A stretch of 64,000 bases of DNA from Lama glama (GCA_028534125.1 CM052816.1:27282001-27346000); one strand, 5' to 3'. Shown: positions 26,883-38,919, counted from the stretch's first letter. The notes: generated by a model from the letters alone, not told the origin. Program-made: numbers and translations.

Positions 26883-27545
26883 CAATAGAATGGTATATGA
26901 TCCAGCAATCCCACTCCTGGGCATATATCTGAAGGGAACTTTAATTCGAAAAGATATATCCACCCCAGTGTTCACAGCAGCACTATTTACAACAGCCAAA
27001 GACATGGGAACAACCTTAATGTCCATCAATGATGATTGGATAAAGAAGTTGTGGTATATTTATACAATGGAATACTATTCAACCATAAAAAAGAATAAAA
27101 TACTGCCATTTGCAGCAACATGGACGGACCTCGAGACTGTCAGTCTAAGTGAAGTAAGCCAGAAAGAGAAAGACAAATATCATATGATATCACTTATATG
27201 TGGAATCTAAAAAAAAAGACAAATGAACTTATTTACAAAACAGAAACAGATTCACAGACATAGAAAACAAACTTATGGTTACTTGGGGGGAAGGGGATAG
27301 GAAGGGATAAATTGGGAGTTCGACATTTGCAGATACCAACTACTACATATAAAATAGATAAACAACAAGTGTATACTGTATAGTATACACTATATTCAGT
27401 ATCTTGCTGAGAATGAAATGAAAAAGAATGAAATGAAAAAGAATATGAAAATGAATGTATGTTATGTATATGCATGACTGAACTATTATGCTGTACACAA
27501 GAAACTGACACATTGTAAATTGATTATACTTCAATAAAAATAAAC
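26883..27545 (+). mobile_element. 5'-truncated L1 (ORF2 C-terminus, 3'UTR, A-tail)
   Basis: ORF 26827-27210 encodes 'YDPAIPLLGIY...WIKKLWYIYTMEYYS...SLICG', the L1 ORF2 C-terminus. Confidence 0.95.
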
Positions 27546-27833
27546 AGGCATATAATAAGTAGGCATGATTATCATCATTAAAGAAAAGTGTATATAGGCC
27601 TTTGTGTACCTAATATATCTTACCAACAGACATCCCTGAAGTGGCCTATAAATGCATTGTATACCATAGCCAGTTGGTTTAATATTTTATCTTCACCTTC
27701 ATAGAAAATTTGATTATGACCATCCTGCTTTATGTCTTGTTAAAAAGGCAAGTAAAATACCACTGTACTAGAGAACCTTATTCTAGAGATCAGAATTGTT
27801 CTGAGAAATCCCTACAAAGGTCTTTTTGTAGCT

Positions 27834-27871
27834 TTTTTTTTAAAATTGAAGTATAGTTGATTTACAACACA
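27834..27871 (-). mobile_element. Extremely 5'-truncated L1 3' terminus (about 38 nt)
   Basis: Poly(T) followed by 'aattgaagtatagttgatttacaa', with imperfect TSD gtcttttt(g/a)tag at 27820-27831 and 27872-27883. Confidence 0.75.
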
Positions 27872-29191
27872 GTCTTTTTATAGTTTGAGCCCTAGCTTGT
27901 AGTTTAAAGTTCTTGCAAATGATTTAGAGGTAATGTCATTAGTTCTAAAATCTAATACCGAGAATGAATTAACTTCTACCAGAACTTTCCCCAGAAAGGA
28001 CCTTTGTTTTTAAGCCCTGTGTTCAGTTCTGGAAGCCACTCCTTGAGAAAGCCACAGGCAAACTGGAGCACACCAAGACAGGGCAAGAAAGTCAAGACAG
28101 CCAGTGGCTGGAAAACTCTGTCTCAGTGGCATAGCTAAGGAAGTATCTACCTTGGAGAAGAGAAAAAGCACTCCTCTCTCTCTACGAATCTGAACAGCCA
28201 TTAGGTAAAAGGAGGATTTGCCTTCAAGGGTAGCTCTTGAAGAAAGTTTCAGGGATGCCAGTGTCAGCAAAAACTTCCTAATAATGACATTTGGAATGGA
28301 CTTAAATGGAATGGGCTCCTTGATAAGATCACAACCACCCTAGCAAGAAACTGTTCATTTAGAGATTTGGAGGGATCCTCTGAGGGAGAAAGATGACAAT
28401 CCTGCATTGAAAAGGAGAAACACACAACCTTCTAACTAGGAGACTGTGTGCAGTCCCAAACAAGGACCTCAAGACAGTCCTGACCAACTCTGACCCCTCT
28501 CCAAGGTGCTACCATGACAACCTTTGTTGAACTGCCCTTTTCCTATTACATCTGCCAGCCTGATCCCACCGGGAATGTGAATGAAATATGGAGGCTAAGC
28601 GAGAGGAATAGAGAGATAGAGAGCAAGAGACTTAAAGTGAAAATGATTTTTAAAAGAGAACTGGAAAGTTGTTCATTCAGTGAGAATATGATTTACTCTC
28701 TGTTGACGATGAAAACTTACCAATTCCACAAGGACAAAACTATGACCTAATGAGGCCCAAACAAAAAGAAAATATCTGGGAAGAAAAAGGAAACATTTCC
28801 AGCACTGGGAAGTTGAGCCTGGGCGTAGGCCAACCGTGTCTTGTACCGGCTTCTGGAAAGGAACTTTGGAATAATTCAGGAACTGGATCCCTTACTCAGT
28901 TATGCACAGGAACATCCAAATCCAAGTTCCAAATTTTTGGCACACCTGAAGTCATGCTTTATTCTTGATTTTGCAAAGACTGCTTGATTTCTACAGGGGA
29001 TTTGTTTGGCAATTATTATTGAGAATGTATGGAACACAGCTGATAATCCTGATCCCCATTTTAGAGAGAAGTAGACATAACAGCACTGTGTATGAGAGCA
29101 TCAAAGACTACATCAGGAGTCAGTTATCTCGGCTTCGTTCTCCTACCACTCATAGTGTGTGAGAACTATAAACTTCTGAGTAACCTTAGAC

Positions 29192-29378
29192 CGCCGGTTC
29201 TCAAAGTTTAGCCTGCATGAGAATCAACCAGAAGGTTTATTAAAACAAATTGCTGGGTCCAACCCCAGGAGTTTCTGGTTCAGTAGGTCCGGGTTGGGGC
29301 CTGAGAATTTACATTTCTATCAAGTTCCCAGGTGATGCTTGATTCTGCTGGTCCCAGAAACACACTTGAGAACTACTA
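29192..29378 (+). mobile_element. MER5A hAT MITE
   Basis: 'ggttctcaaagt...tcagtaggtc...caagttcccaggtgatgct...cacttgagaac'. Confidence 0.85.
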
Positions 29379-29589
29379 CCTAAGACCAACGGCTGGTCCC
29401 AGCCCTGGCTACATCTGCATTTAATTAAAAGATGGTGATCTCTTTCCCACATCCCCCATCTCCACAGATGTTAACTTCATTATACAGGATCCATGCCTAG
29501 TGCCCTTCTGATTAAACTTCCTCAGTTGACTCCAATAAGCATTTCCCATGAAGACCACCCAGAAACCTCAGAAGGTCTTAAGTCTATGC

Positions 29590-29631
29590 ATGTGTGTGTG
29601 TGTGTGCGTGTGCGTGTGTGTGTGTGTGTGT
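29590..29631. repeat. (TG)n microsatellite with CG interruptions
   Basis: Direct reading. Confidence 0.95.
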
Positions 29632-30067
29632 ACTTTAATTCCCACACTATACAAGGGACAGACGTTGGCCTACCAAACCTTAAAAATTTGGGCCTTGGTT
29701 ACTTTAAAATTTCCTTTCTCTGTAGCACTTCATGGCAACAAAGATGTTCTAAGTTCCTCCTGTTAATGAGATCCAGGTTTATAATTTTAGAGGCTTTTTC
29801 AGATCAAGAATCTCGAGTTAGGGATATCCATTCACTAGAACTATGGTATAATAAATCCCACGTCTACCAATAAAAAAGGAAAATAAAAAATGCAAGAATT
29901 GAATAAGAATTAGCTTAAAATTCAATGCTTACACATCATGTATGCATCATAAGATATTTAAAATTATTACTCATTGAATCTGAAGCAGTCCAAATGGCTA
30001 CACTGACTAACTGTAAAAAATAAAATCCTAGTCATGTATTTTAAATTATAATTATAATGTGCTTATT

Positions 30068-30073
30068 TTTATT
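30068..30073 (-). terminator. Candidate polyadenylation signal AATAAA for ancV1R (alternative ATTAAA at 30317-30322)
   Basis: Hexamer on the minus strand about 860 nt past the stop. The context is AT-rich, so a chance match is possible. Confidence 0.3.
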
Positions 30074-30930
30074 AAACTCAAATTCAGAACAGATTATGAT
30101 GAATATTTTATCAATTCTACCAATTAAAATTTACCAATTTAATAACCAAAAGAGGAAACAAACTCTCTGTAAAATAAGTATTCCTTTTTTTTCTGAAGAG
30201 GAGTATAGTTTGATATTTAGGTGATTAAGTAAGGATAGTGGGCTAAATGTCTGTAGGAACCAAATATTTGCACATCTGTACATACTCAGAGAGTGTGATT
30301 CAGCCAGCACTAATTCTTTAATCCAATGCTTTTATGTAGCCCTCATTTACTAAAGATACTTAGAGGAAGGTAAATGTACAAAATCTGCTTCTAGCTCAGA
30401 TGAGGTACCCTGATTAATGGTGCAAAAACTGAACATTGCATACTTAACTAATGCATTGCCAATATGTGTCAAAGCATTTCAAGATGAAAACACAAGATTA
30501 CTGTTAAATACCTTAAGGAATTCAGCTAGGAAGTGTAATCCTCAGTCTCCACAATCTGCTGGTTTTTTTTTTTTAACACAATACCTTACACAGAGAAAAT
30601 ACTTAATATATTGGTTTTTATGTTGAATTCATTTTGAGACTGCGATGGCTGTTGAATCATTTGAGAATTTCTACACTAAAAACTGTGATATTGTCCAAAA
30701 TAACAAATGTTGAGATGACTGTTTGTCTTCAACTTATGATAACTTCGTGTTCATGTATCTTCCTCTCGTACAGTTTCCCTCAGAAGTCTTTTTGGGGGAG
30801 GAGTCAATCTTCTAGTCCCTCTTTCAGAAACTCTGTTGATGAGAGCTATGGGCACTTCAGGGGCACCTCCCAGTGACATAGTCTGTTTCCCCAAGATTAA
30901 GAGTTGTGGTTTTCATTTTTTTTTTTGTCA

Positions 30931-31932
30931 TTAAGCGTATGGAGAAACAACACCATTTGCAGGCTGTGGTGTGGGTTTTTTCTCTTGGGCACCACAGAAG
31001 GACACCAACTTCATTTTGTAATTTACCAGCATAAGCAGAAAAGGACTGAGAGCAGAGAAGCCTGAAGAGAGGGCTGTGAGAACAGCTGGAAAAAAGACAC
31101 AGGCTGCCAAGTCCTTCAAGAAATAGACTAAGATAAAGTGAGAAATCCAGAGTGGAGTGATCAGCCACATTAATAAAATACTGAACTTGGCTCCTCTAAG
31201 GATTTCAGTTTCTGAATCATCATCTCCAATCCAGATGTCACCATATGTCATCTTCTTTCTTTCCAAAAGGAGAAAAGACATCCAGAAACAGACAAAGACT
31301 AAGATGGATAAAGGAAGAATATCGATCAGAACTAAAAACGTTTTCCCATAGTAAAACTCTACTTGCTTGTTTCCAAAGTCAATTAGGCAGTCTGTGTGAA
31401 TCCTGCTAGTAGACAAGGGGTCTGTATCATTTCCTGCATGCAGGTATTCAGATTTTCTAGCATAAAGCAATACAGGGATGTACACTGCCACTCCAGCCAT
31501 CCAAAGTGCAGAAACCACCTTCAAGGGATGCTCCTGACAGTCCGGGTTTGGAGTCTCACTCAAGGGGTGGACGGTCTGGTAAAGCCTCCGGAGGTAGAGC
31601 AATGCAAAGTGTAACATGAACCAGATGGCCAGGGACGTCGTCAGGGCCTCTGTGAAGCACAGAACTTTGCAGCCGGCCGAATCCAATATGAAACCAGAAG
31701 AATAAACAATTTTCATGACATTCACCACCGAGTTTTTAATGAGGTGGACGGATCCAAGATTGAAAATTAGAAGAAAGGATGTCTGTAAACGCCCAGTGAT
31801 ACATTTCCTTGTAGAGTAAAATAAACAAATGTTTCCAACAAAGCTCACAAGGATTAGAGGGGTGCAAGCGATGATCTCAAGAACATCCGTGGATGGCTTC
31901 ATGGTAAACGGCAAGTCCGTGAGCTCAAGCAT
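30931..31932 (-). CDS. ancV1R: Intronless vomeronasal type-1 (V1R/ORA-family) 7-TM GPCR, ancV1R; 333 aa from the first ATG or 323 aa from the second ATG at 31902
   Basis: The only long ORF in the window, with seven hydrophobic segments. Motifs: TM1 'VSFVGN', TM2 'LLIFNLGSVHL', TM3 'GCKV...SLAIW', ECL2 Cys and NDT sequon, TM5 'IDILP', TM6 'E..RGAK', TM7 'FSALSPF'. ancV1R is known to lie in an SNCAIP intron. The ORF-track start at 31944 is a GTG. Confidence 0.93.
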   Translation of the reverse strand: MLELTDLPFTMKPSTDVLEIIACTPLILVSFVGNICLFYSTRKCITGRLQTSFLLIFNLGSVHLIKNSVVNVMKIVYSSGFILDSAGCKVLCFTEALTTSLAIWFMLHFALLYLRRLYQTVHPLSETPNPDCQEHPLKVVSALWMAGVAVYIPVLLYARKSEYLHAGNDTDPLSTSRIHTDCLIDFGNKQVEFYYGKTFLVLIDILPLSILVFVCFWMSFLLLERKKMTYGDIWIGDDDSETEILRGAKFSILLMWLITPLWISHFILVYFLKDLAACVFFPAVLTALSSGFSALSPFLLMLVNYKMKLVSFCGAQEKKPTPQPANGVVSPYA

Positions 31933-32136
31933 CGTCTGCTTCACTTTGAGTCATCAGGCATTTGGAAAACTTTTATGAAGTCTTTAGCAAAGAAGACCTG
32001 GGTTTTCCTAATCCACTATGTTGACACAATCATCAACTGGTGTCACCATAACAGGTCAGAGATGGTCTATAACAGAATTCTGCTTGCTCGAGTGCTGAGC
32101 TGCTGAAAACAAAACAGCTTCTCAAAAGGGTTCTGC

Positions 32137-32197
32137 TTTATCACCTCTTGGGACTTAACTATAATGAGAAAGTCCTAGGTATCATCACTTAATTAAG
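32137..32197 (-). promoter_or_regulatory. Candidate ancV1R proximal regulatory cluster (O/E-like site plus two homeodomain sites)
   Basis: CCTCTTGGGA at 32144-32153, TAATGA at 32162-32167, palindromic CTTAATTAAG at 32188-32197, and GATAAA (minus) at 32142-32137. Motif match only. Confidence 0.35.
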
Positions 32198-32939
32198 AGT
32201 TCTCAGAAATGTATTTATAACACTGTAATGTAATTTCCTAGATGCAGCGTGATACAATTTTCCACAGTCATGAGGGAGAGAATAAAATTAAATTTGTGAC
32301 AGCAAAGGACACGTGGTCAGAGGTTGAAATGACTCTCTCCACTCATGAAAAAAATTAAAGCGAGAGTGTATGAACAACAATGAGGATTTCCAAACAACAA
32401 AATGACATATTACCAATGACATTAATAACATGATAGAGGTTTATGAAGTAGAGCAGTTTTCTAATTTCTCTACTATTTTTGCAAAGCAGGAATACTGTTA
32501 CCTGTTCTGATGATCTCTTGGGGTTGTTGGGATTACAAAAGAGATGGTAGAAAATATTTCTGCGGCCATAGGGGAGGGAATAAAGAAGAGAGGGAGGGAG
32601 GAAGGAAGGAAGGAAAGGAAAAGGGAAAGGAGGAAGACATTTTTATAAACATGGGCATTATGTCCATGACCAAATCTCTAACTTCCTGGTTAAATACACA
32701 GTCTGACAACTGGGATGTCATTAGGGAGACACTCCCTACCCCTCCCTTCCATCCCCCACCTCCACCTCCACCGCCGAGTCAGCACATGAGGCTAGTAAAA
32801 GATTTCTGTCCTAAGTATGGTTGGAGAGTGCAGAGCAAGGACAGAAAGATGGGAACAGACTATTTTCCCTCTATTTGCTTCTAAGTTTTGCTGTCAATCG
32901 TCCTGTTCTACACTGTCACACATATGCTTCACTCTGACC

Positions 32940-33129
32940 CAGTGGCACACTGGAGCCAGCTTGCACTGACTTGAGCTACTGTGCACATCTCTTCCCAGAG
33001 CTGTGCTCAGTGACTTCACATTGGACGCCTGAAATTGGGTATTCAAGGAGTATTTACACCAGGGGAATTAGCAAATGCTACAAATTAGGGCTTTTGGCCG
33101 GGGAGAGTTGTCTCATTAAGATACTACTG
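32940..33129 (+). mobile_element. MER63-like hAT-Blackjack MITE
   Basis: 'cagtggcacactggagccagc...catctcttccca...ggagtatttacacca...gcaaatgctacaaattagggc'. Confidence 0.75.
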
Positions 33130-33459
33130 GCCTGACCAGAAAAACACAGATTAAAGTGATAAGAAATTAGTTGGTATTTTATCTACATAAGGATAAGATT
33201 GGTATTTGGTGGTACCCACCAACTCCTTCAATAAGGGTATGTGTATGAGGTTTAGAGCACTGTTAACAGGTAGGAAAGCTAGATCTTGCAATTCCATTGT
33301 GGGAAAGCTTGGGCGCTGACACTTCCTACTAAATCCTTCATCCCTAATTGGGTATTAAGACAGGTAGCCAACTCAGAGTCCCCACACCACATTTTTCTTC
33401 CCTAAGAAACATCCATTACCTCAGTGTCAACTGCAGTCAAACGGGTACCCCTGAGTTTG

Positions 33460-33523
33460 TAATAATAATAATAATAATAACAATAATAACAATAATAATA
33501 ATATAGTAATAACACAATAATAA
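33460..33523. repeat. (AAT/AAC)n microsatellite at a MIR tail
   Basis: Direct reading; adjoins a minus-strand MIR at about 33535-33745. Confidence 0.9.
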
Positions 33524-36500
33524 TGCTCATGTTGGCTACCATTTCTTTAACATCAATGTGAGCCAGAACCGTGTTGGTGTTTTACTTTCTAAATGAAACC
33601 TCATTTAACCCTCAATATCATTCTTAGTTCATAGATAAGAAAATAGAAGACCAGAGAGGAAAGTAAATCCTCGTGCTAAGTAATGGACACAGGAATCACA
33701 GCCAGGTGTGACCGATTCAGAAATCACTGGTTTTTAACCACTGCCTCTCCACACGCGCTGTCAGAGCGTGGATTTGCTGTGGACTGCTCTCCGTCTCCCC
33801 CTAATGACTTACAGTCAGCACACCCAACATATAGCGCCTATAATACACTGCTTTTGAGAAGAGTTTCTTTAGGTTTAAAGTACACAAGTTATGAAGATTT
33901 GTGGACAGCAATTAGTCTTCTCCATTCTCCTACAATAATAAAAACGCACATTATGGGCATTTACACTTCTGCATCTTGTAAAGATCTTTAAGCATTCTGT
34001 ACACCAGTTCAAGATGCTTACTTGAAACAGGGCTGTTGCCAGCAGCAACAAGGCCCCCACTCCTGACCGTGTTTGCGCACAGGGACTTCCGGAGTCAATG
34101 TGTAGAGCAGAGAAGGCACACCTAAACAGCAGGCAGCACACAGCCTGCCTTACCTGGAGATTTAATTTGCGGTGATGAATTAAGAAACTGTCTACATGAT
34201 GCTATTTCTCAAATACGTCCTAACAGTAACAACTCATGCAAATATTACTGACTTTTCAGAGCTGAGGGCTAAGGGTAAAAAAACATTTTCTAAATCTCTC
34301 CTCTCTCCCAAAAAATGGCTTACATAAACATTTGCTTTTCAAAGGATTAGTAAACATGTAGCACGTTCCTCTGCATTAAGGCAAAATGTAAAACATAAAT
34401 GTCATTTTTTTCCTTCAGGGTTATTTCTAGACTAGAAAAAAAGCACACATTAAAATATAAGGGGAGTAAAATTAATTTTTGTGAATGTTCGCTTGACTGA
34501 TGGATAACACTTTTCTTTGTTAACTATGACACAATATGGCTAAAGAGGTACCTTCATGAGACTGCCTCATTTCACAGACCCAGCATGGCCTAGATGCTAA
34601 GGATGACACAGAGGAGTGGAAGCTACTGTCCCTGCCTTCAAGAGTCACGTGGTCTAGTCATATGAACACAATGATGCATAATATATATGTTGTATATATT
34701 GTTATATTACATGCATGTATACACACATATATCATTTATTATAAGATATATTTAAATAAATTATTTACTAATAATTAATAAATCATGAATAACACAATGT
34801 ATAATAAACTGCGTGGTCATGAGTACAAGAATAAAACACTGAGAGAAGAGAAGGACCCATGTGGGCAGAACTACTTTTAATCTCCGGGTCACAGTAAAGG
34901 AAACTGCAGCTCCTAGAAGTTAAGCCACTTGCCCTAACCAGCAGGAAGAGATGGGACTGAACTCCAGACCTCCTGCTTTCAACAGTTCTTCCTGAAAGGG
35001 AAAAGGGAAAGAGCAAAGCCAAGTTGACTGACTTGTGAAGCAGAAGTGCTAAGAAACCTGGGTGCTGACTCCAAGTCTCCCCGAGAGCTGCAGCAATGAA
35101 CTCCCGATGGCAGAAAGCCCATTTCTAAGAAGCACGGACATGGCCCAGCGCCAGGGAGGGGACCCAGGAAGCCCTCCTGTGTCCTCCACCTCCGAGGGCT
35201 GCATCCTCCTCCAAGGAAGGTAACTGTCATGCGTCGCTTCAAGGAGGAAAGAAAAAAATTCTTCTGTTGGAAACTAAACATTGGCTCTGCCAATCCGACT
35301 TCACTGAGGTCATTTGAGAACGGAGGAGTTCAAAGGTTCTCTACGGCTTCCATTTACTTTGGCAACAGATTTAACAGAAAAAGAACTGAGGGGGAATTTA
35401 TATGGTCCAGGCCGTTTTCCAAATCGCAAACTGCTAAGGTTATTTAGAATTTACTTTAGCTTGCAATCACACGTAAAGTGGTTCAGATGTAAATGCTTTC
35501 CGTGTGGCTTAAGGCAATCTAGGGTTCCTCAAGGGTACATGTGCAGTTCTAATATTAAAGATTTGGATTCAAAAATCTCAAAGTACTTTGGGTTCCTCTT
35601 GATTAGAGGCTGCTGTTACTTTATGCAACGCTGGGTAGGAGAAGAAATAAAACACACTGCCTTCATTTGGGCATTAAGTTCTCACAGTAGCGCTAAGATA
35701 AACAAATCTCACAGGCTGAGGGAAGGGCATTTACTCCTTTAAATTGAGGATGTAATATAAATAAATGTCTTTTAAGAAGAGATGCCTGAAACTTGAGTCT
35801 AAGTCTGAATCTACAAGAGGGCACTCATTTATTTTGATGATCAGCACAGCGCATATGGGGGCAGCCATGCCCTCCTGAGAGAGGCGCTACTCTAACCAAG
35901 CAGGATAATTCACTAAGTCCCAGAAAGATGCTGCCTGAAATCGTCTCATTTGTTCACTGGCCAGGAACAAATTGATATTTGCATTTTTATATAGAACAAA
36001 ATGGAGGGAATTACCAGATTTTTTATCTTGCAATCCATGGCTGCCTGAAGGTTTTTTCAATTTTCTCTAAGGCCCTCATTTTGTGACCAGCCAGGGTAGG
36101 ACAGAAAACCTCTAGCTCCAAATTAGAAGTGAATGGAGAGGAACTTCAGGCTGGCTGGGGCCACAGCAATTAAATGGTAATTGCCTTTTAGATACACTAA
36201 TACTGCTAATTATATTAGTGTGCTAAGTGCTGGGAAACATGCGTAAGAGCTCCGGGCCACTCTGGTGCAGAAAAGGAGCTAAGATTGATTAAGCCTGGCA
36301 CTGAGCTGGACCCATCACAGAGGTTCTCTCCTGAAATCCTCACACTAACCCATGAGGTATTATTAGCTTCCATAAAGCTGAGTAATTTGCCCCACTGATT
36401 CCAGTTGTACGTGACTGAATCAAGAGTCCCTCAAGAGTTACGTGGCTCCAAAGAGCAGTGGGTTGGCAGAACCTTCAGTAGGAGTGGGGAGAAATATGGG

Positions 36501-37806
36501 ATTAAAAACTGGAAGAAATTTGGTAGCAGAGCAAGATGAGCGTCTTTGAAAACCAGATGGTGAAGAAAAAGTCTGAGAGTGTGAGGACCCTGATGGTGCC
36601 TTTCTTTGCTGTAGGTGGAAAGAGAGGGCCCAGGATGGGGAAGCTTTGTGGGCAGAATCTGGGGCAGCCTCACCATCAGAATACAGGAGGCTGGGAGGGC
36701 AGGAGCTGCCACTGTAAGAAGAGTGGCCCCAACGTCTGAGGCTGAAACGTGTATACACACATATGTTTGTATGCATATAGATGTTTATGTTTAAACACAC
36801 ACAGTGACGTGTGTGTAAGGTGTGTGTAACAAGGTGATCACAGGTCAAATGAAATGGTCAACCCAGTCTGAAGGTTACAAAGTGTTATACAACTGCTAGT
36901 TTTAGTATTTATTTCCTAAAAATCATATAGTCAGTCATAGAGATGCTTTCTGCTCATAACTAGAAGGTGCTACGTGGGCTCTTTGCCAAAGACTGGGATT
37001 CTAAATGCACTGTCTTTGCAGCACAAGCTCAGTTTCTTGGCATGCAGCTGGGGAAAATCTCCCCAACCTTCTCCAGGCCTGACTCCAGCCCTGAGCCCCT
37101 TGGTCTGCATTAAACCCATCGCTGGCTTTTTGCACCCTGATCACACACATCCTCAAGTCTCACTAAGTCTACAAGTAAAACTCATCCCAGCTTTGGATCC
37201 CATCCCATCTTCTCTCTCCTCTCCTCCAAACATCTCAAAAGGGGCATCTACATTCACTGTTGCCACTTTCATGTCTCCTTTTACTTTCTAACCCACCTCA
37301 ACTTTTTACTTCTTTTGCCTTTGAAAATTATTTAAACAAGATCAACTTCCACCGCTAAATCCAATGACACCTAGACCAGTCCAACATTCTTTCTCTTTTT
37401 CCTTTAAAGGTCTAATTTTTTTTTCTCCCTACAGATCCAAGGTCCTGGCCCACTTCTCTTCCCACTCAACCACTGACCCCTGTAGGTACAGATATCCATC
37501 TGCTCCCTGATATCACTATCTGGGTGTCCTATAGGCTCCCCAACTCAAACTTGACCTTACTTAGCAATACCATCACCATCGTCCATCACCCAGATGACGT
37601 TAGAGACTTGGGTATTATTCCTGGCCCACTCTGTCTGCCTCACCTGTGCATTCAATCATTCTGTCAATTAAATTTTTATCCTTTCCATCCTTCCCACCAT
37701 TTCCTTATTACAGCTTCTCATTGTTTCTTGCTTGAATGAATCTGAGATGGATAAAACCAAAGACAGGGAAATTAGTACATTTTTGCTTCTTCAAAATCAT
37801 TCCTCT

Positions 37807-38550
37807 ACCATTATGGAAAACACTATGGAGATTCCTCAAAAAACTAAAAGCAGACTTACCATATGATCCAGCAATCCCACTCCTGGGCATATACCCGGAA
37901 AGAACTCTAATTCAAAAAGATACATGCATCCCAGTGTTCATAGTAGCACTATATACAGTAGCAAAGACATAGAAACAACCTAAATGTCCATAGACAGGTG
38001 ACTGGATAAAGAAGCTGTGGTATATTTATATAATGTAATACTACTCAGCCATAAGAAAGAATAAAATAATGCCATTTACTGCAACATGGATGGATCTGGA
38101 GAGCATCATCCTAAGTGAAGTAAGCCAGAAAGAGAAAGAAAAATACCATATGATATCACTCATATGTGGAATCAAAAAAAAAAAGAAAAAAGAATACACT
38201 AATGAACTCATCTACAAAACAGAAACAGACTCTCAGACATAGTAAACAATCTAATGGTTACTAGGGGGAAGGAGGTGGGAAGGGATAAATTTGGGAGTTT
38301 GAGATTTGCAAATATAAACTACTATATATAAAAATAGATTAAAAAATCAAATTTCTTTGGTATAGCACAAGGAACTATATTCAATATCTTGTAGTAACCT
38401 ACAATGAAAAAGGATATGAAAATAAATATATGTATATGTATTACTAAAACATTATGCTGTACACCAGAAACTGACACACTGTAACTGACTATACTTCAGT
38501 AAAAATAAATAAATAAATAAAATTAAAATCAGAGTCAGTCAGCTAAAAAA
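37807..38550 (+). mobile_element. 5'-truncated L1 (ORF2 C-terminus, 3'UTR, A-tails)
   Basis: 'LWKTLWRFLKKLK..LPYDPAIPLLGIYP' L1 ORF2 sequence, with TSD AAAATCA(T/A)TCCTCT at 37793-37806 and 38551-38564. Confidence 0.95.
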
Positions 38551-38919
38551 AAAATCAATCCTCTGAGGCTACACAACTGACCAAGTGACTTAAAACATAA
38601 TGATGGCCTTGACACTCTGCTACTGAAAACACTTCAGTGTCTTTCCACAGCTTTTAGGGCAGACGGCCAGTTCCTCCTCCAGCCACAGGAAGCCACTCAC
38701 GTGGAGTACCTCCCTCCTGCTCAGCTCCTGCCAACCTCAGACTCACAATGCAAACTTAAACGACACTGATGGGCATGCTGTGAACACCCCATTATGTTCC
38801 CTGTCCTGAGTTTTGGCTTATGTTGATGTCTCTGTGTACATCTCTTTTCTTTCTTGACCCAAACCATCGAGAACCCCGCCCTTGACTTTTCATTTGCCAA
38901 TGAGTGGTGTGATCATTTG

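Noticed and set aside
26827..27210. 127-aa ORF as a host gene
   Set aside because: It is the L1 ORF2 C-terminus within a truncated L1; the same applies to 37736-37972.
31933..31944. N-terminal MKQT extension in the ORF track
   Set aside because: It begins at GTG, a prokaryote-style start call. The first ATG is at 31932.
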